DNA of 64,000 nucleotides from Octopus sinensis (lineage: Eukaryota). Positions 1-13,579 of this stretch are shown piece after piece (within the stretch, counting starts at the first letter, position 1; the number at the start of each line of letters is the position of its first letter). Made by a program: the position numbers and the translations under genes. The stretch spans positions 36,518,001-36,582,000 of the forward strand of contig NC_043001.1 of the NCBI RefSeq assembly GCF_006345805.1, in the 5' to 3' direction. The notes under the pieces were generated by a model. It ran no database searches. It saw only the letters and a program-made list of their open reading frames with translations, and had not been told where the DNA came from.

Positions 1-350
1 CAACAAGACATCGACGTGAAAAATCAGGCTGACAAAAACATGTCTTATGGAGGTTAGTGCTTGACATGACTAAAACATATCTGAAAACATTTGGGAACTT
101 GAACAAACATAAGGATTTGGGGCACTTGGAATGATATCAAAAGAAGCAAAGAATATACTGACCAAATGCCTGGCAGTCCCAAATAAGTGAATTGCAAAAG
201 ATCATACTTAAGGATATCTCATAGATTTTACAGAAATTCCTTCCCATCTAAATACAATCTTATTTATTCAGTTTTATTATACATTTTATGAAAATAAATT
301 ATTCTTTGATAACATACAGTCATTAGTTTTTCAATTACAAGATATTGTTT

Positions 351-511
351 TTGTCTGCCGCTACGTTCTGAGTTGAAATTCCATCGAGGTCGACTTTGCC
401 TTTCATCCTTTCGGAGTCGATAAATTAAGTACCAGTTACTTGCTGGGGTCAATCTATTCGACTGGTTCCATTCCCCAAAATTTCGGGTCTTGTGCCTAGA
501 GTAGAAAAGAA
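351..511 (+). mobile_element. tRNA-derived SINE family A, 5'-truncated copy
   Basis: Contains GAGTTGAAATTCC (B-box-like), the shared core CTTTGCCTTTCATCCTTTCGGAGTCGATAAATTAAGTACCAG and tail CCCCAAAATTTCGGG..GTGCCTAGAGTAGAAAAG, all recurring across the window. Confidence 0.85.
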
Positions 512-2144
512 TTACAAGGTATTTAACCTGCTTGCATCTTTAGATGCCAAGACATTGTTTTTTGGCATCTTGGGTTTAGACTTCAGTGCAGCCCAGAGAA
601 ATTAAAACAAAGACAAAATGATAATAAGCAAATAAAATTAACTCTTTGTTACCTTATTTCTGTTGAATTAGAATGTCTTTGCTTCAATGATTTTGAACAT
701 AATGAAGAATTTAGTAGAATAAGCTTGTCATTATTAAACTGTTTGTAACATTTATATGAAATTTTGATGGAAGCTTTTAATTTAGATCACTCTAAAAAGG
801 AAGTTTTTATCCTAGAACTAGGAGCGGCCTCAGCCAGGTTAGCATCGAAGGATTCAAATATCTGAGTGCACATACACAAACTTATCTGAAAGTATGTAAG
901 CTGAGAAATGAAAATTAGTAAATCAGTGTGGTTAAATCTTTCCGAGGGCAGATTAGGCTTATTGCATTACCTTAAATATACCATAGATTCAAGTATCATA
1001 TGTGTTCTGTTTGCATAATCTGATTTTAATGATCATATAGGTTAATCTGTATAACTGCAAACAAATATTTATATTTATGAATGTCTCTGTATGGTTATCT
1101 CTATCTATCCATCTATCTGTCTATCCATTTATCTATTTATCGACCTATTCAAGTAAATAATGTTCCCCGGCGTATGCTCATCGGGACACACATGCACATA
1201 CAAAAACAATCACATACATACAAGCACATATCACACACTTTTATTATACTATTTAAAATTTACTAAGAAACTAGCGTAACTATTATTACATGGAAAAATA
1301 CGAGCATGAAAAAGTAATATTCTAACGTTTCTGCCAACTCGCCGCGTTAGAACGTAAGCATTTATTTTAGTAATATATTCTTATCTTAACATTATTGCTT
1401 GGAACGTTGCTTACTGCCTCACGTGCTGACATGAAATTTCATGACATTTTACCTCATAGCTTATTTTTTTACTAATTTTTGATCAATGCGACTAACGATT
1501 CTGAATTCCTCATGCATTGTTCTATCATTTAAGCCTAAGAAAAGTATACTTTTATTTTAAGATTTTAAAAAATTATGTTAATTGAAGAATAATAGGTGCC
1601 TTACTCCCCCCTTTAAACCTCATATATTTGGAACTTGTTTTCTACTGAACCAATTCTCAAACTATTTGTGCCAGAGTAACAGTTTAGTTGAGAACTAAAT
1701 TAGTGGTGAAGCTTGGAATTTGCTGCGACTGACGAAATAGTGGGCTTAAGAATATATTCAACCACTACCGTGGTTGAATTATTTGTATTTTATGCTACCA
1801 TTCAAAGTATTATTTTTGATCAAAAACTGCTTCGAAATTCCCGTTGTTTATTTATTTGATTTTTAACATTGGCAAACTCATTTAGACTGGTAAATAATTC
1901 AGATTAGCTAATTCCACCATTCGATAAATTTTCTCTAATAACTTCAGTGAAGTCAATTTGTGTACAGCATTTGTAGGGTGGACGTATATTTGCCTACCTT
2001 CGGGTTGTCTAATTGCGATACAACCTTTTCACAATAGTACATTCTTAGTCATTAGCGTATATGAAACAAGAAGTACAATTGAGACAATTGTGTCGTACTG
2101 TCCGCTTGCTTAAAACACTTGTATATAGAAGCAATAAGCCAGCA

Positions 2145-2336
2145 GCGAGCTGGCAGAGTCGTTCATACGTCAGACACGATAAATTCTGACGTTATATTCT
2201 GAAATCTATTTTGCCATTCATCCTTTTGGGATGAATGATATATGTACCAGTTCAACACAGGGTTAAGTCTGATCGACTAGTCCCCCCCCCACCACACTAA
2301 AATTGCTAGCCTTGTGCCAAAATTTAAAAGGATTAT
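2145..2336 (+). mobile_element. SINE family A, degenerate copy
   Basis: GCGAGCTGGCAGAGTCGTT head, TTCATCCTTTTGGG core, AAAATTGCTAGCCTTGTGCCAAAATTT tail. Confidence 0.7.
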
Positions 2337-3906
2337 ATAGAAGTGGTAGTTGCTCTATTATTTCGTAATAGAGTCAGTAAGAGATATTCGTCTGTCACAA
2401 TAGTTTATGACGAATACAATTATTTTTTACTATATTATGATAGTTTAACAAGATACAATGTTTTTACACACAAATTTATAATAGATACTATTATATTTTA
2501 CTGAAACTATATTATGCATTTGGTATACGACAGTTAGGTGAGCTTATCTGTTGGTGCGAGTAAGTGAAGGAACCTTTGAACTGTCTCTGAAATTGCATGA
2601 TTGGAAGCCATATTTCTTTTATAACTCAACATGAAAAACTTTAAAATGGTTAAATATAAATCTGATTAATCAAAGCTAGTCTGATGTTAGACAAAAAGAA
2701 TTAATACGTATAAAAGAAGGACTAGAAACCTATCAGATCATCTAAAGGAATGTGCATTAACTACCCAAAGTCCAATAATATGAAACACTATCAACCTCAG
2801 CACTTCCTTTAAATCTTGGTTGAGTTGCCGGATTTACTCTGTATACAAACCATCAGTAATATTCTAAATCTCTAACTGCAAATACGCCAAGTTAACTCTT
2901 AACTAATAGTTCTGGAACATCTTGCGTCTTTAATAAAAGAAATCATTGGTGTATAATGAAATGAAGCACTTTTATTTATGCTCATGTCTATTTGCAAATA
3001 GAAAGAAGCAATTTTATGATGCGAAAGTTAGCAATTTATTTTTCTATTTTCGTCCGCCAATTCTACTGAGCAATAATTAACGAACGGACTGTAGTTATTG
3101 AATTAAGTTAATTTATCAAAATATTACTCAGGTAATATTGGTAAATTTGGCAGGATATATCAACATTATTAAATCACTACAGTGTTATGTTAATTTTCTT
3201 ATCGTTGACCCCGCTGCTGCAATGTTTTTAGAAGAATACAGAAGCAGGCAAGTGAGGTCCGAAGTTGAATGGTCTCTTCTGATCCGTTCGAATGGAAATA
3301 TAATTATAGAAATTAAAAATAACAACGTTCGGTTAAAGCTCAATGGTGGTGGAAGGGAAGATTTTGTTTATCCGTAGATAGTGGACAGGAGAAAAGCCAA
3401 TGTTTCTTTTACTGAGAATCCAGCTACAGATTTGATTGTGCTGGTCTGTTTATTGGGACAACTAGTTGAGTAGCGATCGAAGAAAACCAAGATTGGAGCC
3501 ATAATGGAATGTTTCCTTTCAGATATTCAATACAATGACCGTTTAATGAAGTCTAGCTTATCTGCATAGGAGTGAGCATAGTTACTTAGATAAACCACTC
3601 CGGCACGTTTGCCAAAATGAATGAGTGTGGATTAGTGGGTGGTGTAGAGGAGAATATACACTTCTTTCGTTTCCTTGCAACAGTCAATTTATTCCAATGC
3701 ATTACAACGAACAGGACAGGGTGTATAATGCATATTAAGTTATTTACATTGGTGTAGTCGCAAGTGCCGAAGTGAAAAGCAGAGATGTTGAGAGATGTTT
3801 CAATATGAATTTGTGCAAGCATATATAGATATGTGTACGCATATGCAAAATATATCTACATACATGTATAAACTTATTTATATACGAGTATATACATGCA
3901 TGCATG

Positions 3907-3960
<54 letters not shown>

Positions 3961-4174
3961 ATATAAGGAGAAACTGGAGAGTTTCAACTGATAAGATTCA
4001 ATTTATTTACACATTGTGAAAATCTTCTGTAACCTTAACTCAATCAATTACAAATTAATAATTAGAAATGTAAAATTGCATCTCAATACATATATATGCA
4101 TGTATGTATGTATATACAGAGATAGATAGATTGACTCACTGATATATATATATATATATATACAATATACACTA

Positions 4175-4270
4175 GGAATGGTGAGAGATTAGTTACGCAA
4201 GTACGTCGTTTTGGGTTCAATTCCACTGCATGTTGCTTGGGCACATTCTTTTCCTATAACCTTAGACTAA
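4175..4270 (+). mobile_element. CORE-like SINE family B, degenerate 5' fragment
   Basis: GGGTTCAATTCCACTGC..TTGGGCAC resembles the head and core of the intact copy at 51171-51575. Confidence 0.5.
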
Positions 4271-4328
4271 CTATTCTGTTTTGTACGTGTCTTTGGTTGA
4301 GTAAGGTACACTGTCGCACATAAATAGG

Positions 4329-4359
<31 letters not shown>

Positions 4360-4539
4360 AAGAGAGACTTTTTGCAACTGGTTGCAATCGTGCGAAAGGA
4401 TATGTTAGAATAAGTGCCAGAGTTAAAATAACTATACAGGCGCTACCACCATCATTGCCTAAGATCGGTTGTTGAGAGAAGTAAAAGAATAAAAGAATCA
4501 AACCACACACACACACACACACTCACACACACACACACT

Positions 4540-4605
<66 letters not shown>

Positions 4606-4923
4606 CACTATATCCTTTCATTAATTGATGACAAGTTTCGTTGTGAGGGAAATTTAGCGCACAGTATCAGACGTTCACTCCACAATATGTTAATTTTCTC
4701 GTGTCTGACAAAATATAGTCAAATTCCTCTGCTATTGCTCTTCAGACTGTAATACTAGTCATTTCTGTTTGTTTTGAAAAAGGTAAAATATCTCTTTTTC
4801 TTTCTAATGCCAAGTTTCATTGCTATACCGAGTGATATATCTTTCTAAGTCATTTCTAAGTACCTTTTCTCTGTTACATATGATTTGCTCTGGACAGTCT
4901 TGTATTTTCTTCATTAGTATATA

Positions 4924-6185
4924 TAGGGGTTGGACAAAATAGTGGAAATACCTAGCATCATAACACCATAATTTTGAAATATCTATAAAACCGCCAAAAG
5001 CTTGTTTATTTTTACGTTATTTGATTTATAATTAGTGTTGCCTAATGTGTTTTACTAACATTGCTGTTTCTTTTTCAGATATCATCAGAAAAAGATAATT
5101 AAAATTCATTAAAATGACAGATTTATCAGACTTTCAAGTAGATCAAATTGTTGGTGATCGTATGGCAGGCGCTAGCGTAACGAAAAACGGCCGAAGTGTT
5201 TGGTGTATCAAGAAGTACTGCATTGAAAATAATGACAGCTTTGAGAAAGAGAGAAAACCTCCTCGTCGAAACAAAACTCCAGAAGAAAACCATAACTTTC
5301 AGATAAGGAGCGTCGGGCTCTTATGCGAATTGTTAGAAAGGGTCACAAAACTACAGCTCCTAAAATTACAGCACAGCTTAATGGCCACCTCGAGAACCCA
5401 GTTTCCACAAAAACTGTTTGCCGAGAGCTGCACAAAGCCGGATTTCACGGAAGGGCTGCAATCAGAAAACCACTACTTTCCAAAAGAAACGTTGCAAAGC
5501 ATTTAGAGTGGAGTATAAACCTACAGAATTGGTCCCTAGAGCAGTGGGAAAATGTTATTTTATCGGACTAGTCATCCTTTAACTTATTTCCGACCACCTG
5601 GCGAGTATGCGTGTGTAGACAGTCAAAAGAAGTATTTTCCTTCTTCCAACTGTTAAACACGCAGAAGGATGTGTGATGAATTGAGGAGCTTTATCTTGGA
5701 AATCCGCCTGTCCAATGGTTTCCCTTCATGGAAGAATTAATATTAAGGACTATTTATGCATTTTATCAGATCAAATTCATCCTGTGGTTGCGGAACTGTT
5801 TCCGGAGGGAAACGTAATCATTCAGGATGATAATGCACCAATTCACACAGCTAAATTTGTTACTGAATGGCACAAGGGACATTCTAGTGAAGATGAACAT
5901 CTTATCTGGTCACCACAGTCTCCAGATCTCAGTATTATTGAACATTTATAGTGCATTTTAGAAAAACAATTAAGGAGTTGATATCTTCCACCATCATCAC
6001 TACAAGAATTGGAGTTTGTTTTAGCTGAAGAATAGACAAAAATTCCTTTGGAAACAATTCAAACTTTGTATGAGTCTACACCTCGTAGAATTCGAGCTCA
6101 ATTACTGCCAAAGATGGTCCTACTGTATACTGAAATAATTTTGTTTGAAATTTTCAGGTGTTTCCATTATTTTGTCCAACCCTTG
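4924..6185 (+). mobile_element. Tc1/mariner transposon, DD36E (Incomer-like), decayed full-length copy
   Basis: 29-bp TIRs (4924-4952 and 6157-6185, (C/T)A(G/A)GGGTTGGACAAAATA(A/G)TGGAAA(C/T)ACC), TA on both flanks, 1262 bp, transposase remnants inside. Confidence 0.93.
5114..6125 (+). pseudogene. Tc1-type transposase pseudogene with frameshifts and stops
   Basis: Split ORFs MTDLSDFQ..GASVTK, RIVRKGHKTTAPKITAQLN..RAAIRKPLL, LSD, QDDNAPIHT..WSPQSPDLSIIEHL; 36 residues counted between the second D and E. Confidence 0.9.
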
Positions 6186-6892
6186 TATATCTTAGCTATC
6201 TCCGTCACTAAGATTAAGATAAATTTTAGGATCTTTATTATCAGTTGTTTGCAATTGGATAGGAAGAATTTGAGGGATTGGCAGCTCAGCGCACAGTCAG
6301 TCGAATTCTAGATGCTCTAAGAAGGCTTGAGGAAGAAAAATACTTCACTAACCTGTATAGACTCACTTTACTTCAGTTACACTATCAAACGTACCCTGGT
6401 ATTTCCTATTTATATTATGGTTGGATTGTGCTTTTTATTTCTTCAAGTGAAACAATTGCGTTCAATTTTTGACTGGGCATTTTTCGCACATTGTGCATGT
6501 GCCACATGAAGACGATAACTGTAATTTAAGGGGGTCAAAGTGCTCAGTCGTTTATCTCTTCCGAGAAACTTAAAATCCAACGTTTGCACATAAAGCACAC
6601 GTTCATATGGATGGCGCAACTCACGAATCTCTTGGAAATCAACATTTATTTTCGTGAATAGTGATATCCAAGTGGCCTACAGCTGTGTGAGTTACAAAAG
6701 CAGCAATCTCAGCTGGCATAGGAAGATAATAAATTCGAAATTAATTTACAATGGACTGAAATTAATTTTTCTCACTGACTTGACATTTAAATTTTAATTC
6801 TGATTAAATAATTAAAAAAAATAATAAAAATGTCGTCGCTAATTCAGTAGATTTCAATTCTATTTCATTGAAACTATAATTTTTCTAATTCA

Positions 6893-7105
6893 ACCGCAAT
6901 AACAACCACAACAACGATCATGATGATGATGATGATGATGATGACGATGATGATGGTGATGGCGATGATGTTGTCGATGGTGTTGTTGTTGTTGATGCTG
7001 GTGATGGTGGCGGTGATGCTGGTGGTGATGATGATCATAGTGGTGGTGGTGGTGGTGGTGGTAGTGGTGGTGGTGGTAGTGGTGATGATAATGACGATGA
7101 TGATG
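6893..7105. repeat. Mixed (GAT)/(GGT)/(GTT) trinucleotide repeat
   Basis: Direct inspection; explains the poly-M/V and poly-I/T ORFs. Confidence 0.95.
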
Positions 7106-7731
7106 ATAATATTCATTATTTTACTAGATTTTGTTGTGACGAAACTGCTACAGGTCATAAATTCTAAATTTATATCTAAACTAATTATATCGCATCACAT
7201 GTAGCATTTCGCTTTTCATGAAAATAATTCCTCGCTTTAATCTTACGCTTTTACTTGTCAACCACATACAAACATACAATCACACATTTTGTAAGAAGCC
7301 ACACATAGTAGCCTAGACTTTCCGCAGCAAATAGCACGTACAAAGTAGTCTCTCTATTTTTATTAAATATTTTCATCATAATTGAAAGCAAAAGTAAAAA
7401 GAATCAATGAATTAACATTTAAAACTATATAAGAAAGATGGAAAGAGTGAAATAACTTATATAATTAGTTCATGACACAACGTGAAGTTGTTGCGTATTT
7501 TAAACTTTTATAAGAGAGAGACGAAAACAAATTTATTTTTGTAATAACTTCGTTCGTAACTTATATAAGACAGAATTAAATGAATTAGATAAATAGTAAA
7601 ATAGCATATACACATTTATAAGAAGAATTTAATGCCATAAAGCATTAAAAAGTATGTGACGGGAATGAGGAAATGAAGCTCTTTAATAAATTCTGTGAGG
7701 AATTTATAAGAAGTTGAGAAAGGCATAAATA

Positions 7732-7890
7732 CGAGGGGGTGCTGTACAGTTCCTGGGTTTGGGTAAAAGAAAATACAGGATTTTACTCAACATATTTCCC
7801 TGTCAGATTCGCACACTTGTTGCAGTGGTCCATCAGTTTTTCAAAGCCCTGTAAAAGAACACGGAACGTTGGGTCCTCACCCAGGCTTCC
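7732..7890 (-). mobile_element. mariner-like transposon 3' end fragment
   Basis: TA+CGAGGGGGTGCTGTACAGTTCCTGG terminus; minus strand reads LQGFEKLMDHCNKCANLTGKYVE*, a mariner-like C-terminus; same family at 14050-14216. Confidence 0.8.
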
Positions 7891-8083
7891 CACTATAGTA
7901 TGGTTTTCAGTAAATAACGCACATGAATTTCACAGTGGTGGCGAAAGAATGGCTATTAATCGCCTGCCAACATTATTTCCTTCACCTTGGATTTCATGAC
8001 AATATTACCAATATGAAAATCAAAGACAGCAAAATATAGCTCAAGTAAGGTAGTGGGCAAAACTAAGTACGTACGTATATACA

Positions 8084-8114
<31 letters not shown>

Positions 8115-8160
8115 GTACATACATACATACACACAAATAAATACATGTATAATATATATA

Positions 8161-8206
<46 letters not shown>

Positions 8207-8771
8207 ATAATATATATATATATATATAGATATATATATATACGTATGCACGTTTGTATGTATGTCATTGTTCAGTTTTATTTCAAGATTTCTTGCCAAT
8301 AGAGAAAGAGCCGGTCTCTAATTTAAATCCAAGGCCCTTTCTTTGGAATTTCAACATCAACAGGGTGTTTTTGTATGTTTGTATATGTGCAGATTTGTAT
8401 GTTTTTGCTTTATGTATGTATTCTCATGCATATACATGTATGTCTAGACATGCTCATATATACTTAAATAATAAACTTCTGGAAAGTTTTACATATTTTT
8501 ACAGTTCCAGTGATGACTTGGATCTCTAGTTTTCATATCAGCTTTCTCCTTCCTGGTTTTGAGAAACCTAATTTCTCAAGATTGGTATTTCGGCAGTGTG
8601 TTACATATTGCAGTGCCCCGATAATTACAGGTATAAACCTGAACTTGTAATCTGGTTAGAGTAGCTGTAGAATCCTCAATAGTTCAGCATAGGTATTTTC
8701 TTTTTCGCTGATCTTCAGCTTTATGTTAAGTTATGTTATGTTATGTTATATTAAGTATGTATGTATGTATG

Positions 8772-8805
<34 letters not shown>

Positions 8806-9509
8806 TGTATGTATGTAGGTAGGTAGGTAGGTAGGTAGGTAGGTAGGTAGGTAGGTAGGAAGGTATGTATGTATTATGTATGTATGAGCGTACGTAAGTA
8901 TTTATAATGATAAATACGGACTGAGGACAACTTGCGTATCGCTTGAACACAATTTCCACGAAATTTTCTCGGCAAAATTAGATTAAAATCAAATTCACAT
9001 TACTAAGCAAACATACTAGGCAGAATCCAGAACTTTCAAATGAAACCTAGGCTAGGTCTTGTTACTGTTGTTTAAACTCAGTTCAAACCAAAGAACAATG
9101 ACACGCCAGTCGGTACTTTTGTGTCTTCTCAGACATCATTTATGACAGCATACATTCTCTTGTAGGTTCTCGTTTTTAAATTCATAGAATGTTATTTGAG
9201 AAACATTTGGTTTCCTTTTTTTCTAAGCAGATCGAGCAGTCACATAGAAATACCGTTATTGCCTTGTTTATTCGGTGTTACACCACAGTATTGTGTATGT
9301 GAAGTGAATTTATGATGTTATCTCAATTTTAAAGAAAGTATTATTAATAGATTTTGAGTTTATTTACAAGATACGTTATGTAATCCCGTGTGGTGAAACA
9401 TTTTTTGTTCAGTTAATTAGTTAAATAATAGCAAAGGACTAACAGAAAATAGAGAAGTAAAAGAATACCAGTGTAGTTTAATTCTTATAATGATATATGT
9501 ATATGTATG

Positions 9510-9574
<65 letters not shown>

Positions 9575-9580
<6 letters not shown>

Positions 9581-9909
9581 GTATCAAGGGTACCCAGAGG
9601 TAATGCAGTACGATCGTTTCAAGCAACTCCATTTAATTGAACAATGAAAACATTACATCAATTTAAATGCAAAGTAATCCTCGGGTGCATAAAGACATAG
9701 AATTTAAGTAAATTAATTAAACTTAGTTTAATTAATTAAATTGATGTAATGATTGCATTGTTCAATTACATGGAGTTCCTTGAAACGATCGTACTGCATT
9801 ACTTCTGGATATCCTTGTTGCTTATTTTGATTTTAATCACCTTATTTTGAAATTGTATGGATAATACCTTACTAAATTCCGGTGCCTCAACTTAAGTACC
9901 ATATTCATC

Positions 9910-9915
<6 letters not shown>
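9575..9915. repeat. Fold-back repeat family X embedded in (TA)n
   Basis: Arms 9575-9666 and 9736-9828 are inverted copies; same sequence at 21200-21334, 38729-38955 and 47785-48095. Confidence 0.85.
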
Positions 9916-9968
<53 letters not shown>

Positions 9969-10079
9969 TATGTATGTATATACAGAGATAGAAAGATAGA
10001 TAGTAGATAGATAGATAGATACATACATACATACACACACACGCACAAAAAATGCAAACATATAATGAAAGAATGTCGA

Positions 10080-10240
10080 TAGCTGGCGGAATCGTTAATT
10101 CAAATTCTGCCGGAGTCAACTCTGTCTTTCATCGTTTCGGAATCGATAAAATAAGTATCAGTTGTTCACTGGGGTCGATGTAATTGACTTACCACTTCCC
10201 TCGAAAGTACTGGTGTTGTGCTAAAATTTGAAACCAATAT
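10080..10240 (+). mobile_element. SINE family A copy
   Basis: AGCTGGCGGAATCGTT head, TTCAAATTC, TTTCATCGTTTCGGAATCGATAAAATAAGTA core. Confidence 0.8.
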
Positions 10241-10474
10241 TTGGGCTGACGTTTCCCATGCTAGCCGCAATGTTTTTTTGGTTTTTTTGTTGTTTTTTTT
10301 TCGTTTTCAAAACAAACTTCCACCTTAAGCTCGGAAAGGAGCATTGGATAATCTAGTCCGGAATACTTTTCAAATGATGGGATGCTCAGATCAGGTATTG
10401 AATGCAAGGGTTGATGTCAAAATCTCTCATGGAAACACCATCCAAACAAAATGCAAATATATGGGAAACTACCA

Positions 10475-10736
10475 CCTGTGTCATCTCTTGAGAGTCCAGT
10501 TTGCTGGACATTGTTGTAGAGCTGAAAAAGAGGTAATTTCTATTCTTCTCCTCTGGAAGCCATCTACTCGCAATACCAGAGGGCGCACACTCTCCTACCC
10601 TGATGTAATCTCCAGGGATACAGGCATCCAGCAACAGGACCTCCGTAATGCCATGATGGACCGTGAAGCCTGGCGTAGCATGGTAAATTCCATTGTCTCG
10701 ACCACGGTCGAACAATGATGATGATGATGATGATGT
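10475..10736 (+). mobile_element. RTE-type LINE 3' end, 5'-truncated
   Basis: RVQFAGHCCRAEKEVIS..GRTLSYPDVISRDTG..DREAWRSMV resembles an RTE-like ORF2 C-terminus; followed directly by a (TGA)n tail. Confidence 0.8.
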
Positions 10737-11263
10737 CATCGACTCATACCCTTCCCAAAATTGCTAGCCTTGTACCAATATTTGAAATCAATATCTACTT
10801 AGCTACCCTCCGGTTTGAATCCTGTAATAGCAATGTACTATTCTTTACCTACAAATTTAGTGAAATGCTCGATGTTTGCTTAATGTTTTGACTGGATTCT
10901 ACGCATGTGCAAAATTTGTTGTTAATCCATATGAGAAGTTCATTGAATCCGTAGGCCATTTAAGCTGAACAGCAATAATTTTTAGAAAAGATAACCAAAA
11001 TAGTAACTTGATGTTTAGAGCAAACATTTAACTTTCGCTTGAAGATATTAAGAAAGCAAATATTTATGATTAATCTTTCTATTAATAGAAAATTGGCGAA
11101 AACAAATTTTCTGATATGAATGCTTATAGACGCGACCACACTTGTATACAGTATGTCTGTTACACATACATAGACGAGCACATGAGAGCACAATACACAC
11201 ACACACACACAGATATTTATATATAGAAAGAGAGAGGTGTGTGTTTATGTGTATGTGTATATA

Positions 11264-11325
<62 letters not shown>

Positions 11326-11354
11326 ATATACACATATATACATACATATATATA

Positions 11355-11388
<34 letters not shown>

Positions 11389-11483
11389 AGTATGTATACA
11401 TATATATACGCATAAATGTATGTATATAGATGTGTAAGTATATATACATTCACATATTTTCGCACGTAATTTTCTATAAATAT

Positions 11484-11514
<31 letters not shown>

Positions 11515-11744
11515 GTTATGTATGTATATTTATATGTATATACATATACACCACACACAAGTGCAACTCGGAATAGCACTTCAACATATTAGAAAAAAAA
11601 AACCGTCGTCTCTACTTTGTGTGTGGGATAAAATTGTTTCTAAACGAAAGTGGTCACCACACAAACGCGCGAACAGACAGGCGCGTGCGCACACGCACAC
11701 ACATACAAACATAAAACAACCAAGATAGACACAGCAAGAGAGAG

Positions 11745-11787
<43 letters not shown>

Positions 11788-12011
11788 GACAGTGAGAGAA
11801 GGAGAGAGAAATGGACAGCGAGAGAAGGAGAGAGAAAAAAGACGGCTGATGTAACATTATACTTCTTTCACACTACGAAACTGTGTAGACCGCGAATTGT
11901 ATAGAGGTGCTAACCGCAAATCAGAATGATGATCACAGCTTCGACGGAAAAATGAGGTTAAATTAGATGAATTAAATTGTATGTGCACGCACGCACACAA
12001 GCACACACACA

Positions 12012-12066
<55 letters not shown>

Positions 12067-12116
12067 CACGCACCCACGCACCCACGCACACTCACACTCA
12101 TGTATATATATGATAT

Positions 12117-12352
12117 ATACCTATTTCTTTACTACCCACAAGGGGCTAAACACAGAGGAGACAAACAAGGACAGACAGATGGATTAAGTCGCTTATATCG
12201 ACCCCAGTGCGTAACTGCTACTTAATTTATCGACCCCGAAAGGATGAAAGGCAAAGTCGACCTCGGCGGAATTTGAACTCAGAACGTAACAGCAGACGAA
12301 ATACCGCTAAGTATTTCACCCAGCGTGCTAACGTTTCTGCCAGCTCGACGCC
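12117..12352 (-). mobile_element. SINE family A, full-length monomer (tail type 1)
   Basis: Head GAGCTGGCAGAAACGTTAGCACGC, B-box GAGTTCAAATTCC, core, tail ending GTGGGTAGTAAAGAAATAGGTAT. Confidence 0.9.
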
Positions 12353-12426
12353 TTATATGATGTATGATATATACACACACACGCGCATATGTATAATACA
12401 TATACACAAACGCACAGACACATATA

Positions 12427-12587
12427 CAGGGTACGATGGATAAATTTTCGCCCTTTTATAGTTTTAATTTCGTGCATGCACATTGTTTGTTTTTGGTTTT
12501 ACCAACTACACAGTATCGTAGGGTTAGTTGGGCACCGTGTATGAGAAAAACAGCCCCATGACGCAATTCATTCTGCCAGAAATTTGG

Positions 12588-12588
<1 letters not shown>
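12427..12588 (+). mobile_element. Isolated 5' end of a maT/DD37D-like transposon
   Basis: TA+CAGGGTACGATGGATAAA; near-duplicate of 12759-12920; includes start MTQFILPEIW. Confidence 0.8.
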
Positions 12589-12673
<85 letters not shown>

Positions 12674-12758
12674 ACGTGTATATATATATATATGGCCACA
12701 GCTCGTGAGCTGAAACTAGATAAAATAAAAAATAAATAAATAAATCCACACACACATA

Positions 12759-13573
12759 CAGTGTACGATGGATAAACTTTCGCTTTTTTACAGTTTTAAT
12801 TTCGTGCATGCAGATTATCATTTTTTTTTTATTTTGTCAACTACTTAGCATCATAGGGTTAGTTGGGCACCGTGTATGAGAAAAACAGCATCATGATGCA
12901 ATCCATTCTGCCAGAAATCTGGAATCGACGTGCCGTACTACTTGACATTCGTGCCAGAAGTGATAAAAATCGTGCTGAAAATGATAAAAATCAAACATCC
13001 AGTCAACATCATGGTGTTTGGAGTGATCATTAGTGATGGCGTCGTTATGCCTCCAATTATCTGCCACGCGGCTGGTCTACATTAAGTACCTGGGGGAGGT
13101 AGTACTGTCCTGGATTAATAGGGTAGCTGCTGGAAGACCCTATGTCTGGCAACAGGACTCTGCACCATGCCACACTTGCAGGAGAACTCAGTCAACGTTG
13201 TCAGACAATTTCTGCGACCACATCATCCCTAACATCTGGCCACCTAACTCTCCAGATTATTATAAACTATTTGATTATTATATGAGGGACGCAGTTGAGC
13301 GAGGGACCAACAAAACTCCTTGTAACACCAAAGATGAACTGAAGACAAGGATTATGGTAGCATTCACCAACTTAAACCAGAAGACCACCCAGAAGTGTTG
13401 CAGGAGATTCCGAAGTCGTCTGGAGGCCGTAGTTGAAGCTAATTGAATAAATTTACTCTTTAGTATTTTAAGATATTTTAATGTAATTTTGGCAAATATA
13501 TCTGTAAAAATGAGATGTCAGTGTTATTTTCATTTTTGCGCAATTTAGACGACAGTTTATTCACATCACCTTT
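12759..13573 (+). mobile_element. Internally deleted maT (DD37D-like) Tc1/mariner transposon
   Basis: Transposase remnant GRPYVWQQDSAPCHT..IWPPNSPD..DYY..RFRSRLEAVVEAN; imperfect terminal similarity (ATAAACT-TCG motif at both ends); D-D spacing is 38 in this mutated copy. Confidence 0.8.
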
Positions 13574-13579
13574 CATATA

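Noticed and set aside
2770-3570. Coding-like unique sequence (weak FN3-like phrase on the minus strand; ORF 3138-3377)
   Set aside because: Stops in all frames and no recognisable domain
6278-6530. Possible exon on either strand (DALRRLEEEKYF.. or IVFMWHMHNVRK..)
   Set aside because: No homology recognised, and splice-site pairs do not give a convincing open internal exon
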